Counted from the stretch's first letter, positions 49,927 through 60,644 are shown. The stretch is 64,000 nt of DNA from Candidatus Poribacteria bacterium (GCA_965205015.1 OZ242029.1:576001-640000); one strand, 5' to 3'. The notes: generated by a model from the sequence alone, not told the origin. Numbers and translations: made by a program.

Positions 49927-52900
49927 TTGCACTTAAATAGCATTAAAATTCGTGGATTCAAGAGTTTCGCCGAAGAAATTGAGCTGATACTTGAACCCGG
50001 TATCACGACCATCGTCGGACCCAACGGCTGCGGGAAAAGCAACGTTTCCGACGCAATTCGATGGGTGCTTGGGGAGCAGAGTGCCCGCTCGCTTCGGTGT
50101 ACTTCTATGCGCGACCTATTGTTCAACGGTGGTGCTAACTTCGCACCCGCACAGAAAACAGAAGTCGCACTGCATTTTTCGGCACCGCTTGCAAGCGAAA
50201 AACTTGCTTCACAACAGTCAAATGGAAACGGCTCAGCGTCCCCCAATCCCCCGACACAAGACGCTCTCAAACTTGCCCTCGCATCTCCAGAGGTTCAGGT
50301 GTCTCGGCATCTCACTCGCAATGGTGAAAGCCGCTATCTAATCAACCAGAACCCGTGCCGTCTCCGAGACATCAGCGAACTCTTTATGGACACAGGTATC
50401 GGCGTAGACGCTTACTCCGTTATGGAACAGAGTAAGATTGATCTGATCTTGAACGTCCGTCCCGAAGAGCGTCGCTTCCTTTTCGATGAAGTCGCCGGTA
50501 TCACAAAATATAAACACCGTAAGAAAACAGCACTCCGTAAACTTGAACAGACCGAGCAAAACCTCGCCCGTATCAACGATGTGATTCAGGAGTTACAGCG
50601 GGAAACCGAGTCTCTCAAGGAGCAGGCAGAACAGGCACAGCTCTATAACACACAACAGGCGCAGCTGAAGCAGTTTGAATTGGAACTCGCCCACCGGGAA
50701 TATGATCAACTCCGTACAGATTATAACCAAGCGCAAGCTGACTTAGATGAGGTCTTAACCACCGTTGCGAGCGCTTCTGAAACCCTTAAAGCTGCTGAAG
50801 AACGCATTGAGAACTCCACAAATCGTCGATCCGAGTTGGATGAAGCAATACGTGAAGGACAGACAGCACTTCGCGAAATTGAAGCACAGATTGAGCACAT
50901 CGAACGCCAGATAGTACTTCACAAGGAACGCCAACTCAACATTCAACGGCAACGGGAGCGCGCACTCCAAACGCTTGAATCTTTAAAAGCACAGCAAACA
51001 GGCGTACTCGCACAGCAGCGCGAACGAACCCAAGAATATCAAAAACTTGAGGCATCCTGTAAGATAGAACAGAGCCGTTTGACAGCACGACAGCAGCTTC
51101 TCACAGAACTCGCGGGGCGGATCAGTAGGGCAAAGAACTCTGTCCAGGAAACGCAAGACACCTTGCAAGAGATCATAACGGCGTTGACAGAGCGCGAACG
51201 CGAACGCCTATCGATCGAGCATACGTTGACAAATACCGAAGGGAATCTCAACCGTCTGAAAGAAAATAAGACGGCATTAACCGCTGAACTCAGCACTGCC
51301 ACTGATACTCGTGATGAAGTCCAGTATGCCGAAACACAATTGAAGGCAGCACTCGTTCAAATTGAAACCGAGAAAAACCAGGTGGAGATAGACTTCAACG
51401 AGAATCAAGATGCACTTCGTAAGATTGAAGCCGAAATCCGCGGCTTACAAAATACCTTAGGTGCCAACGTCTCACGGCTCAAATCATTACAGGAATTGCA
51501 ATCGGCTTATGAGGGATACTATACGGGTGTTCGGGCGATCATGCGGGCGAAAACCCACTACCCCGATCAGTTTCAAGGCGTGTGCGGGGTCGTTGCTGAA
51601 CTTCTCACAACGGATACCGAGTACGAAGTCGCAATAGAGGTGGCTCTCGGGAGTGCCATCCAGAATGTTATCACTGAAACCGCTGAGGATGCACAAAAGG
51701 GTATCGCTTTCCTTAAACAGCACCGCGCAGGTAGAGTAACATTCCTCCCGCTGGATATCCTACGTGGACGTCGGTTTAATGATGATGCGTTGCTGGACGC
51801 GCCCGGCGTGATTGGCATCGCTGAGGAACTGATCGATGTCGACCCCAAATACGAGATTGCAATGCGACACCTGTTGGGCAACACGCTCGTTATTGAAGAT
51901 TTGGACTCGGCAATCGCACTGACCCGTCAGTTCCGTCCAAGTGCGCGTCTCGTCACGTTAGACGGCGAAGTCATCAACACATCTGGTGCCATCACTGGTG
52001 GTCAAACAGACCAGAGAAAAAGCGGGCTCCTGAGCCGTTCACGTGATCTGGAGACGCTTGAGGACGAAATCGGGAAGCTGACACAACGCTCGAACCAGAA
52101 GGATCAGAAGCGCAAGGCGTACGCTGCAGCAATAGCAAACCTACAAAAAACGCGACAGACACTCACCGCACAATGGCAGGATAAACGGGTCGAAAAAGCA
52201 TCATTGACGAAAGACTTAGAGCAGGCAAACCTCCAAGTTAACCGGCTCAAACAACAACTCGCTGCACTTGAGGTGGAAAACCGCGACCTGGACAGTGCGG
52301 TCGCGGCATCGCGCGAAGAACAACAGGCACTTGAAACTAAAATCGCGACGTTGACGCAAAAGAGTACCCGTACCAAGCGATGGATCGAACGAATGTCCGA
52401 GCAGATTGAAAGCGAAAATCGGAAACATACTGAGGTGGCGAGTACTTGTCAGGAGATGGAAGTCTTCTTGGCAGGACAGCGTCAGAAACTTGAGAGTTTA
52501 GCGTCCGAAGTCCAAACATTCAAGGAAACACAAGCGCGAATAGAAAAGGATATCGCTGAACAACAGGCAATTATTGACACAGATGAACAGAAAAAAAGTG
52601 ACCTCGTGGAGCAGGTAGCCGCAGCGCAACGTAAGTTCCTCCGTTTAGAAGGCGACCGCGCCGAATCCGAATCACGCCTCGATGAACTGACCGAAGAACG
52701 TGAGACGCTCCTTCAGGAGGTAGAAGTCCTCCAAAAGGAGATGCGTGCAACCCGTAGAAACTTTGAGAAACAGAACCGTGCGCGTCATAAACTCGAAGTC
52801 GCCACAACGCAACTTGAAATGCGCATAAAATCCGTCTCAACCCGCATCCACGATAAATACCAAGTCTCGATCGATGCCCTGCCGCCGATAGCGGATAAGG

Positions 52901-53586
52901 AAGTCGGGGTTACAAACCCCTCCCACCCAGCGATGGACGAGATCGATCTGTTGGATAGCATTGAAAAGCTGAAAGCAGAGATTTCTGGAATGGGCGCAGT
53001 GAATCTCAAAGCGATTGAGGCTTACGAGGAATATAAGAAACGCCACGATTTTCTTATTTCGCAGCGCGCGGATCTTCAACAATCGGTTCAAGACACGTAT
53101 CAAGTGATACAGAAAATTAATCAGACATCGAGAGAGGTATTTCTTGAGACGTTTGAAGCCGTGCAGACGAACTTCCAAGAGGTCTTTACACAACTCTTTG
53201 GCGGCGGCGAAACCGAATTGCTATTGACGGATCCGTCCGACGTGCTCGATTCAGGCATTGATATTATCGCCCGTCCACCGGGCAAACGTCCACAGAGTAT
53301 CACGCAGCTTTCGGGTGGAGAACGTTCATTGGTGGCGATTGGACTCCTGTTCGCCGTTTTCAAAATCAAGCCGAGTCCTTTCTGTGTCCTCGATGAAGTT
53401 GACGCCGCACTCGACGAAGCGAACGTCCTCCGTTTCACCAATCTTATCCGTGCCTACGCTGAGAACACGCAGTTCGTCATTATTACACACAACCGGCGGA
53501 CGATGGAAATCGCTGATGCCATGTATGGCGTGACGATGGAACAGGCGGGTATCTCGAAAATTGTCTCCGCTAAGTTCGCTGCGTAG
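49927..53586 (+). CDS. smc: Chromosome segregation protein SMC
   Basis: GFKSFA, GPNGCGKSN, hinge GRVTFLPL, LSGGE, LDEVDAALD and long coiled coils. Confidence 0.97.
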   Translation: MHLNSIKIRGFKSFAEEIELILEPGITTIVGPNGCGKSNVSDAIRWVLGEQSARSLRCTSMRDLLFNGGANFAPAQKTEVALHFSAPLASEKLASQQSNGNGSASPNPPTQDALKLALASPEVQVSRHLTRNGESRYLINQNPCRLRDISELFMDTGIGVDAYSVMEQSKIDLILNVRPEERRFLFDEVAGITKYKHRKKTALRKLEQTEQNLARINDVIQELQRETESLKEQAEQAQLYNTQQAQLKQFELELAHREYDQLRTDYNQAQADLDEVLTTVASASETLKAAEERIENSTNRRSELDEAIREGQTALREIEAQIEHIERQIVLHKERQLNIQRQRERALQTLESLKAQQTGVLAQQRERTQEYQKLEASCKIEQSRLTARQQLLTELAGRISRAKNSVQETQDTLQEIITALTERERERLSIEHTLTNTEGNLNRLKENKTALTAELSTATDTRDEVQYAETQLKAALVQIETEKNQVEIDFNENQDALRKIEAEIRGLQNTLGANVSRLKSLQELQSAYEGYYTGVRAIMRAKTHYPDQFQGVCGVVAELLTTDTEYEVAIEVALGSAIQNVITETAEDAQKGIAFLKQHRAGRVTFLPLDILRGRRFNDDALLDAPGVIGIAEELIDVDPKYEIAMRHLLGNTLVIEDLDSAIALTRQFRPSARLVTLDGEVINTSGAITGGQTDQRKSGLLSRSRDLETLEDEIGKLTQRSNQKDQKRKAYAAAIANLQKTRQTLTAQWQDKRVEKASLTKDLEQANLQVNRLKQQLAALEVENRDLDSAVAASREEQQALETKIATLTQKSTRTKRWIERMSEQIESENRKHTEVASTCQEMEVFLAGQRQKLESLASEVQTFKETQARIEKDIAEQQAIIDTDEQKKSDLVEQVAAAQRKFLRLEGDRAESESRLDELTEERETLLQEVEVLQKEMRATRRNFEKQNRARHKLEVATTQLEMRIKSVSTRIHDKYQVSIDALPPIADKEVGVTNPSHPAMDEIDLLDSIEKLKAEISGMGAVNLKAIEAYEEYKKRHDFLISQRADLQQSVQDTYQVIQKINQTSREVFLETFEAVQTNFQEVFTQLFGGGETELLLTDPSDVLDSGIDIIARPPGKRPQSITQLSGGERSLVAIGLLFAVFKIKPSPFCVLDEVDAALDEANVLRFTNLIRAYAENTQFVIITHNRRTMEIADAMYGVTMEQAGISKIVSAKFAA

Positions 53587-53594
53587 GGGACGGG

Positions 53595-54581
53595 TTGTCA
53601 GAGAAGGGATTAATGGATAAATTGAACCGGGATCTCCTTACAGTTCTCCCGCTCCGTGAACGTCAGCACAAGATGACGGTCGCAGATGTCTACCCGTTAG
53701 ACGTGGAGACACCGCGCTACGAAAACCCGCACCTCTCTGCCGTTGCAGATCGCATTGTCGAGGCACATCACGGTGGGAAACAGGTGATCTGGATGATGGG
53801 TGCGCACGTCATGCGACGCGGCAATTCCGGTTTCATCATTGATTTGATGGAACGCGGCATCCTCACGCATGTCGCTACGAATGGGGCGTGTGCTATCCAC
53901 GATTTTGAACTCGCACACATCGGCGCAACACTCGAAGACGTAGAAGACTACATTTGGGATGGGAAGTTCGGCAATTGGGAGGAAACCGGACGCTACCTGA
54001 ACGCAGCGATTGTTCGGGGTTACCGAGACAAGATCGGTTTTGGAGAAGCCGTCGGGAGATTAATTCAAGAAGGCGAAATGGGGATTTCGTTTCCGCACCG
54101 CGATGTGAGCATGTTTGCAGCGGCGTATCGATTAGGTGCGTCTTTCACTGTTCACAAAGGTATCGGATACGACATCATCGACCAACACCCTTCTGCTGAT
54201 TACGCGGCGATGGGATGGACAACGGGTGAGGATTTTCTCCGTTTTGCGCACAGTGTTTCTCAGTTAGAAGATGGTGTCTTTCTGAACTTAGGTTCGGCTG
54301 TTATGGGACCCGAAGTCTACCTCAAAAGCCTTTCCATGGCTCGCAATATTGCCTCCCAGCGCGGCGAGGAGATCCGACACTTCACGACTGCGAACTTCGA
54401 CTTAATCGACTTTCCCGATTTCCAAGACGAAGGGAAACCGACCGATGCCCACTACTACCATCGTCCTAAGAAAACAATCCTCATCCGGACAGTGAAAGAC
54501 GGAGGCGAAGGCTATCACATCTCTGGCGATTTCTCGGTCACTGTCCCACAACTATACCGTTTGATAATCGCATCCGTGTAA
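53595..54581 (+). CDS. Deoxyhypusine-synthase-like hypothetical protein
   Basis: MGAHV, ATNGA..IHDFE, IGYDII..HP and GSAVMGPEVYLK motifs. Confidence 0.65.
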   Translation: MSEKGLMDKLNRDLLTVLPLRERQHKMTVADVYPLDVETPRYENPHLSAVADRIVEAHHGGKQVIWMMGAHVMRRGNSGFIIDLMERGILTHVATNGACAIHDFELAHIGATLEDVEDYIWDGKFGNWEETGRYLNAAIVRGYRDKIGFGEAVGRLIQEGEMGISFPHRDVSMFAAAYRLGASFTVHKGIGYDIIDQHPSADYAAMGWTTGEDFLRFAHSVSQLEDGVFLNLGSAVMGPEVYLKSLSMARNIASQRGEEIRHFTTANFDLIDFPDFQDEGKPTDAHYYHRPKKTILIRTVKDGGEGYHISGDFSVTVPQLYRLIIASV

Positions 54582-54625
54582 GATGGCTGGATCTGCCCAG
54601 TTTCCGTTTCGGTATCACACTTTTG

Positions 54626-54883
54626 CTAATAAACACTGCTTCGATGCCCGACTTCATGGACAACAATCACTCGTGTTTGCCGATTGAAGGTATAGATAAC
54701 TCGGTAAGCACCAGCAGCGCGTAAACGGAACTTTCCTCTGTATGGGCCCCGGAGAGCCTCGTGGCGATGTGTGTCGCAATTTTCGCAGAGTGATCTCAGC
54801 TTATCAAGAATTCGCTGCTCAACCGTGGCATCTAAACGCGCAAGGCCTGCTTCCGCTTTTGGCATAATTTCCAAACGGTACAT
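54626..54883 (-). CDS. RelE/ParE family toxin
   Basis: Y.LEI..A...L..LD, FRLR..YRVIY and VGHRSSVY. The start overlaps the upstream stop (TAATG). Confidence 0.88.
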   Translation of the reverse strand: MYRLEIMPKAEAGLARLDATVEQRILDKLRSLCENCDTHRHEALRGPYRGKFRLRAAGAYRVIYTFNRQTRVIVVHEVGHRSSVY

Positions 54884-55578
54884 TACCACTTCAGCCCCAG
54901 TTTTTTCGCCACTTCCTCTATCGGAATCGATTTGACTTTACCGGACTCATGTTCGGCTACACTACGCTCCAATCTTTCAGCAACCTCCGGGCGTAATTCT
55001 AATCCCTCATCTGGGTCATAGTGGTAATCCTCAAGAAACTGCTCTAACTCCAAGTAGCACACAAAAAATTCAAAGAATGCTGATTTCAGTTGTTCTGTTC
55101 CGTGAACCGATGGTAACGCCTTCTGTAGTTTCACAATTCGTTCACGCGCTGCAAAAAGTTCCCAATTCGCGAGCGTCCCCATCAATCTACGGAACGCCTC
55201 ATCCGGTAATTCCCTCACCTCAATCTCGGGGTCGGGATCAGTGATTAAGGGGAGATCACTGATCCGTTTTGCTATACGCCCTGCCGGCGAAGTTTTTCGC
55301 ACAGCTTCAACGGTCCCGATGCGCGCCTGCAGAGGTCCGAATGTATCGGATGCCTGCAGTATCGCAAGCAGCTCCTTCTCGGGTTCCTCTAACTCAAACG
55401 CCAAACCACAGTAGCCTTCATAAAACTCACAGAACTCGGCTTCCAATGCGTCTCTGTCGGCGTTCTCGGCAAGCAAGGCGACGAGCCGTTCACGAGATTC
55501 AAAGAGTGGACGGTCGATAATCGGCGTAAGCCAAGTACTGAATGCTGCGTGAGTCATGCTTGTTATGTCGTGTGGCAT
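54883..55578 (-). CDS. Enlarged antitoxin-like protein coupled to relE
   Basis: C-terminal DPDEGLELRPEVAERL..IPIEEVAKKLGLKW antitoxin-type tail, preceded by about 180 aa of helical sequence. Confidence 0.65.
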   Translation of the reverse strand: MPHDITSMTHAAFSTWLTPIIDRPLFESRERLVALLAENADRDALEAEFCEFYEGYCGLAFELEEPEKELLAILQASDTFGPLQARIGTVEAVRKTSPAGRIAKRISDLPLITDPDPEIEVRELPDEAFRRLMGTLANWELFAARERIVKLQKALPSVHGTEQLKSAFFEFFVCYLELEQFLEDYHYDPDEGLELRPEVAERLERSVAEHESGKVKSIPIEEVAKKLGLKW

Positions 55579-55593
55579 TGGTTCCTCCTTTAA

Positions 55594-58425
55594 CTAACCT
55601 ACAGATGCAATCTCTAAATTACCGCGCCAGTGTTTCTGTAACATCCGCTTCAACAACTGATGTTCAGACGCGTTCAGTGCTGGATCGGCTTTGATGAGCA
55701 CCTCCGCCTCTTTTTTCGCCGCTTCCAAAAGTGTAGCATCTTCAATGATGTTCGCAATCCTGAAATTTGGGATACCCGATTGACGTGTGCCGAAGAATTC
55801 GCCAGGACCCCGGATGTTCAAGTCTGCCTCTGCAATCCGAAAACCGTTGTTCGTCCGAATCATCGCTTGAATGCGTTGAAAAGAGTCGTCCCCCCGAGGC
55901 GAAGCAACAAGGTAACACGCCGACCGATGCTCGCCACGTCCGACACGTCCACGCAATTGATGCAATTGGGACAACCCAAACCGTTCTGCATTCTCAATAA
56001 CCATCAACGTCGCGTTTGGCACATCAATGCCCACCTCAATCACCGTTGTTGAGACCAGAACATCGATGTGTCGATCCTTGAAGTTCGTCATCACTTCCTG
56101 CTTCTCAACAGATTTCATTTGTCCATGCAGAAGCCCGAGACGCAGATCGGGGAATACCTCACTTTGAAGGTGTGATGCCATCTCTGTGGCGGCTTTGAGT
56201 TCCTCCAGCTTTTCGGACTCCTCAACGAGCGGATAGACGATGTACGCCTGCCTGCCGCGTTGGATCTCCTTCCGAACGGTGCTATATAATTTCTCCCGCT
56301 CCTTCTCCTTTATCCAATAGGTCTTAATTGTCTGTCTACCGGGCGGCATCTCGTCAATAACAGAAACGTTCAGATCCCCATAGAGCGTCAATGCCAACGT
56401 TCTTGGAATCGGTGTTGCAGTCATGACGAGTACGTCCGGTGCTGGCGGGACAATGGTGCCTTGCTTTTGCGTTCCATTTGCTGCCTGTGCTTTGTTACGG
56501 AGCGTTGCGCGTTGCATCACACCGAACCGATGCTGCTCGTCAATGATAACGAGTCCAAGTTTTTGAAAATCGACCCCTTCCTGTATCAACGCCTGTGTCC
56601 CAACGATGAGGTCTGCGGTGCCATCAGCGATTGCCGCCAGCGCTTCCTCGCGTTCCGGTTTTGGCAGATCACTTTTGAGAAGCACAACGTTTATATTCTC
56701 GTCTCCCGTTTGCCCAGTATTCTTGCGCAAATTCTTGAGCATCTCTGAGAGATTATAATAGTGTTGCTCGGCGAGGATTTCAGTCGGAACCATCAGCGTG
56801 CCCTGATACCCGTTTTCGATAGCACAGAGCAACGCCATCGCTGCGACAACCGTCTTTCCCGAACCGACATCCCCTTGAATGAGTCGATTCATGACGGTTT
56901 TCTGCCGCATATCGTTTTGGATCTCAGTGAAAACCCGTTTTTGTGCGCCTGTGAGTTGGTATGGCAACGAAGCGAGAAAATCCCGTAACAGGGAAGGAGA
57001 CGTTCCAGACCTTTCCATTCCCACCTGAAACGCGATACCGTCCTCCGAGATACGCCGTTCCTTTTTCATCTCCATCCCGACACTGAGCAGAAAAAACTCC
57101 TCAAACGCGAGCCGTTTTTGCGCCGCTTCCCGATGTGTCTCCGATGTCGGAAAATGTATCTCGTTAATAGCGGATTGTCTGTCAATCAAGCGTTGGCGTT
57201 GACGAAGTGCGAGTGGCAGGATTTCAGGTATCTGTTGCCCATGCGCATCCAACGCCATCCGCATCCATGCGCGTAGCATCTTCGCCGTGAGTTTCGCCGT
57301 GAGCGGGTATTTCGGAACGATCCGATTTGTATGGATTAAGTTTTCTTCTTCAAAGAGTTCAAATTCATAGTCGGTGGCTTGGATCTCATTGTAACGGCGA
57401 GCGAATTTGCCACTGACGACGACCTCGGTATCAACGGGAAGCAGTGCCTTCATAATACCGATACGCCTGCCGAAGTTAACGAGGAGTGCGACTCCCGTGC
57501 CGTCGTAAATTGAAATCTTACCGATACGTTTCCCTTTTGCTGTCGGAGACGAAGTGTGATTGACGACTTTGCCCTGTATTGTCTCCGGCTCGTCATCTTC
57601 CCTTCTCCCAACTCTGTAAATCTCTACCATCTTGGAGCGGTCGATGTAATCGCGCGGATAATATGCCAACAATTCACCAACCGTTTGGAGACTGAGCTGT
57701 TCTTGAAGCATTTCGGCGCGACGCGGACCAATCCCTTTGAGATACTGAAGCGGTTGGGATAGAAAATCAAGCGAATCAATGTCCATTGAAACAGGGGTGT
57801 CCGAGATCAGAACAGATTCTGATTGACTGTCAGGCGTCGGCAGTCGGTGGTCAGCGCGGTCCCTGCCAGCTATTTCTTGCTGATGGTTTCCGATGGCTGA
57901 TGGCTGATGGCGCTTTCGTTGTGACGGAGGGTCTGTATCCTGGAAAAGGGGTAAATCTTCTGTTGGCACCGTAGCGGCTGGACGTTCCTGTTTCGGAGAC
58001 TCGCTTTCCGGATTACTTTCTACTTCCGCAAAGAGAGACAGCATATCTGTTTGGGCACTTTTTTTCGAACGTGTATGTTGCGGCTTCGACTGCTGGCGTG
58101 TTTGTGAGGGTTCGGCATTTGTCCCGATTCTATCCGAGACGTTTCGTTGTCCGTGCCCAAGTGCAGCGTCAATTCGTTTTGTTGCTTCCTCAAGTATACG
58201 TTGCCGTTCAGTGGACGACGCGTCAGCGTAATTTTCAAAGAGGGCTGCTATACCCCTCAGGACATCTTTTTCGGCTGCCGCCAGTGTGAAGGCCTCGCCA
58301 TTCTTTACCCACAACTGGACATAACCTCCCAATCCGTTAACGACAACATCGTCGCGACACCCCTTTCGGAGTTCTTGTTGAAAGGGACGACGGATGGTGG
58401 TAAGGATTTTCGCGAAATTGTTCAT
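55594..58425 (-). CDS. recG: ATP-dependent DNA helicase RecG with N-terminal extension
   Basis: LKGIGP, QGDVGSGKT, DEQHRFG, MTATPIPRTL, QLRGRVGRG, RGPGEFFG.RQSG. Confidence 0.96.
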   Translation of the reverse strand: MNNFAKILTTIRRPFQQELRKGCRDDVVVNGLGGYVQLWVKNGEAFTLAAAEKDVLRGIAALFENYADASSTERQRILEEATKRIDAALGHGQRNVSDRIGTNAEPSQTRQQSKPQHTRSKKSAQTDMLSLFAEVESNPESESPKQERPAATVPTEDLPLFQDTDPPSQRKRHQPSAIGNHQQEIAGRDRADHRLPTPDSQSESVLISDTPVSMDIDSLDFLSQPLQYLKGIGPRRAEMLQEQLSLQTVGELLAYYPRDYIDRSKMVEIYRVGRREDDEPETIQGKVVNHTSSPTAKGKRIGKISIYDGTGVALLVNFGRRIGIMKALLPVDTEVVVSGKFARRYNEIQATDYEFELFEEENLIHTNRIVPKYPLTAKLTAKMLRAWMRMALDAHGQQIPEILPLALRQRQRLIDRQSAINEIHFPTSETHREAAQKRLAFEEFFLLSVGMEMKKERRISEDGIAFQVGMERSGTSPSLLRDFLASLPYQLTGAQKRVFTEIQNDMRQKTVMNRLIQGDVGSGKTVVAAMALLCAIENGYQGTLMVPTEILAEQHYYNLSEMLKNLRKNTGQTGDENINVVLLKSDLPKPEREEALAAIADGTADLIVGTQALIQEGVDFQKLGLVIIDEQHRFGVMQRATLRNKAQAANGTQKQGTIVPPAPDVLVMTATPIPRTLALTLYGDLNVSVIDEMPPGRQTIKTYWIKEKEREKLYSTVRKEIQRGRQAYIVYPLVEESEKLEELKAATEMASHLQSEVFPDLRLGLLHGQMKSVEKQEVMTNFKDRHIDVLVSTTVIEVGIDVPNATLMVIENAERFGLSQLHQLRGRVGRGEHRSACYLVASPRGDDSFQRIQAMIRTNNGFRIAEADLNIRGPGEFFGTRQSGIPNFRIANIIEDATLLEAAKKEAEVLIKADPALNASEHQLLKRMLQKHWRGNLEIASVG

Positions 58426-58719
58426 TTTTTACTTATCGGCTCCTGGACTGCCTTCTTGGCATAGGTTTCCTATAGAGGCTCGCGGGACAACGTTTCAGGC
58501 AGGTTTCGAGTGAATCGCAACACCTATAGAATTAACAAACGAAAAAAGGTGCTTAATCGGAACGGATTTTCAAGGATTGATCTTTTCTAAATTAGACGCA
58601 AATTCAGTGAGAACGTTGAGTTTTCTTGGCAAAACGGGGTTGACACCGCAGCACAAATTGGCTATAATCTTTTTAAATCCAACCGACTCGTAACGCACGC
58701 CATTAAAAGGAGCAACACT

Positions 58720-59556
58720 ATGGTATCTCCCTATTTAACAGAGGTCCAACAAAAAGAGTGGCAAACAGAGGGGTTCCTGCTCATCAAGAATGTCCTTTCC
58801 CCTACCGAGATTGATACACTTTTGACATCTGTGGATTCAGCGATTGAAACGTACGTCCAAGAGACACCGAGTCTACAAGGCAATCATCGGTTCGGGAAAG
58901 GTGCCTATACGATTATCCGCGCCATTGAACGGACAGATGCCCTCGATCCGCTCACCGATCACCCGCGCCTTTTCGGGACTATCCTTTCATTGATGGGTCC
59001 GTATCTCCAAATCATGGGGACGCAAATCTACGTTCGACACCCGGATGTGGAGGCTCTGATGGCGTTTCATACGGATGCCGGTCCTTCGCTGCAACGGATT
59101 CATCCGCATCCGGATAGTTTGCCGCTACAGTTCAAAATCCAATTTTTCTTAACGGATCTGACGGAACCGAATCAGGGAAACTTTATGTGTGTGCCGGGAA
59201 GCCACAAGGTCTCTTTCCCTGAGAACGGATTTAAAAAAGGCAAATACCCTGAAGGCGCGATTCAGGTCATTGCAGAAGCTGGAGACGCGGTCATCTTTCC
59301 ATGGGCATTGTGGCACGGTGTCGGTCCGAATCAGACGGAACGCATCCGCAAAAGCGTGACCTTCCGTTATGGACAGATGTGGTCCCGACCTTACGACTAT
59401 GACAGGCTTCCCGCGGACGTTCTCGCACGGATGACCCCTCGCCGCCGGAGATTGTTCGGCGATATGGGTGAAGATCATCATCCAACCGATTACTTCAAAC
59501 CCCACGACCAACTCGAAGTTATTGGTGCGGACGAATGGAACGTTCCACTCCCGTAA
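58720..59556 (+). CDS. Phytanoyl-CoA dioxygenase (PhyH) family protein
   Basis: EGFL, FHTD, GNFMCVPGSH, LWHG...N..RK. Confidence 0.9.
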   Translation: MVSPYLTEVQQKEWQTEGFLLIKNVLSPTEIDTLLTSVDSAIETYVQETPSLQGNHRFGKGAYTIIRAIERTDALDPLTDHPRLFGTILSLMGPYLQIMGTQIYVRHPDVEALMAFHTDAGPSLQRIHPHPDSLPLQFKIQFFLTDLTEPNQGNFMCVPGSHKVSFPENGFKKGKYPEGAIQVIAEAGDAVIFPWALWHGVGPNQTERIRKSVTFRYGQMWSRPYDYDRLPADVLARMTPRRRRLFGDMGEDHHPTDYFKPHDQLEVIGADEWNVPLP

Positions 59557-59565
59557 GACTTCGTA

Positions 59566-59687
59566 TTCTCGTTGGCGAGGTTTGTAACCTCAAATGTTCT
59601 CGCTGGCGAGGTTTGTAACCTCGAATGTTCTCGCTGGCGAGGTTTGCAACCTCGAATGTTCTCGCTGGCGAGGTTTGTAACCTCGCC
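59566..59687. repeat. Four tandem 31-bp REP-like units
   Basis: TTCTCGCTGGCGAGGTTTGTAACCTCGAATG about four times, each with a GAGGTT/AACCTC hairpin, between convergent genes. Confidence 0.85.
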
Positions 59688-59720
59688 GCTCTTTATGTAG
59701 ACCCGTGTTCCAACAACCAA

Positions 59721-60644
59721 CTAATCCGTGTGTGCCTGTAATTTTTCAAAAAGGTCCCGGAAAATCGCATCCCGATCAACGCTCGAGGCGACACGCATGA
59801 GGTGACGACTGTTATCAAAACTCCACGTCGCCGTTTCCGTCAAGATAGGACTGTGGACAATCTCTGTCGGTACCCATGCCGGGTTAACAAGGTATGCCGT
59901 CGCGGATATATCCCAAATCACCTTTGACCAAGCGAAATGGTCGCTGGAATAATCTTTAAAGATCTCGACGAGGTAATCCCCGACCCTGCCCTTACCCTGT
60001 ACATAGCGTTCCATCTCCGCAACCGTCGTGTGTAGGTGTGAGACGACGCCACGCGCGGGGAGCCAAACGAATGGCACGCCGCAATCCAAAACCACTTGTG
60101 CACTCCGAAGGTCTTGCATAAGATTGAACTCTCGGGTGTGTGGCCAGTACAACGGATTCCCGCCAAGCCAGATGACGACGATACGTCTGATAATTTCAGG
60201 CTCCATGAGGATAGCAGAAGCGACGTTGGTTATCGCACCGACAGCAACGACATAAAGCGGATCTTCGGGAGTTGCTGCCATCGCACGCCCAATCATATCG
60301 GTCGCGGCATCGCTCGGCACGGGTGTCTCCGTATCGGGGAGAAACGCTTGGGAACCGCGATAGGCGAAACCGTCAGCAGGGACATTGAGGAAGTCCAAGA
60401 GTCTCAGGATTTCAGCGTAGCTTTTTTCCATGCCGTCTTCGGGGCTGCTGGAGCGGTTGTTGTGGAAAGGCACGGCGTAGAGTGCTTCAACGTTGAGGTG
60501 TTCGGGTGAAAGGAGTGCGTGGACGACTGCGAACTGGTCGTCAATTTCGTTATAGGTGTCAGTGTCAAGGACCATGCGCACCTTACCCGTCGGCGGTTGG
60601 AGCATGTCAAGGCGTTTCGACTCTGACAGTGTTGGAAAGTTCAT
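59721..60644 (-). CDS. Inosine/uridine-preferring nucleoside hydrolase family protein
   Basis: LDTDTYNEIDD, GAITNVA, EFNL.QD and WD motifs. Confidence 0.9.
   Translation of the reverse strand: MNFPTLSESKRLDMLQPPTGKVRMVLDTDTYNEIDDQFAVVHALLSPEHLNVEALYAVPFHNNRSSSPEDGMEKSYAEILRLLDFLNVPADGFAYRGSQAFLPDTETPVPSDAATDMIGRAMAATPEDPLYVVAVGAITNVASAILMEPEIIRRIVVIWLGGNPLYWPHTREFNLMQDLRSAQVVLDCGVPFVWLPARGVVSHLHTTVAEMERYVQGKGRVGDYLVEIFKDYSSDHFAWSKVIWDISATAYLVNPAWVPTEIVHSPILTETATWSFDNSRHLMRVASSVDRDAIFRDLFEKLQAHTD

Noticed and set aside
59566-59687. Possible CRISPR array
   Set aside because: The 31-bp units are head-to-tail with no unique spacers, and there are no cas genes in the window.
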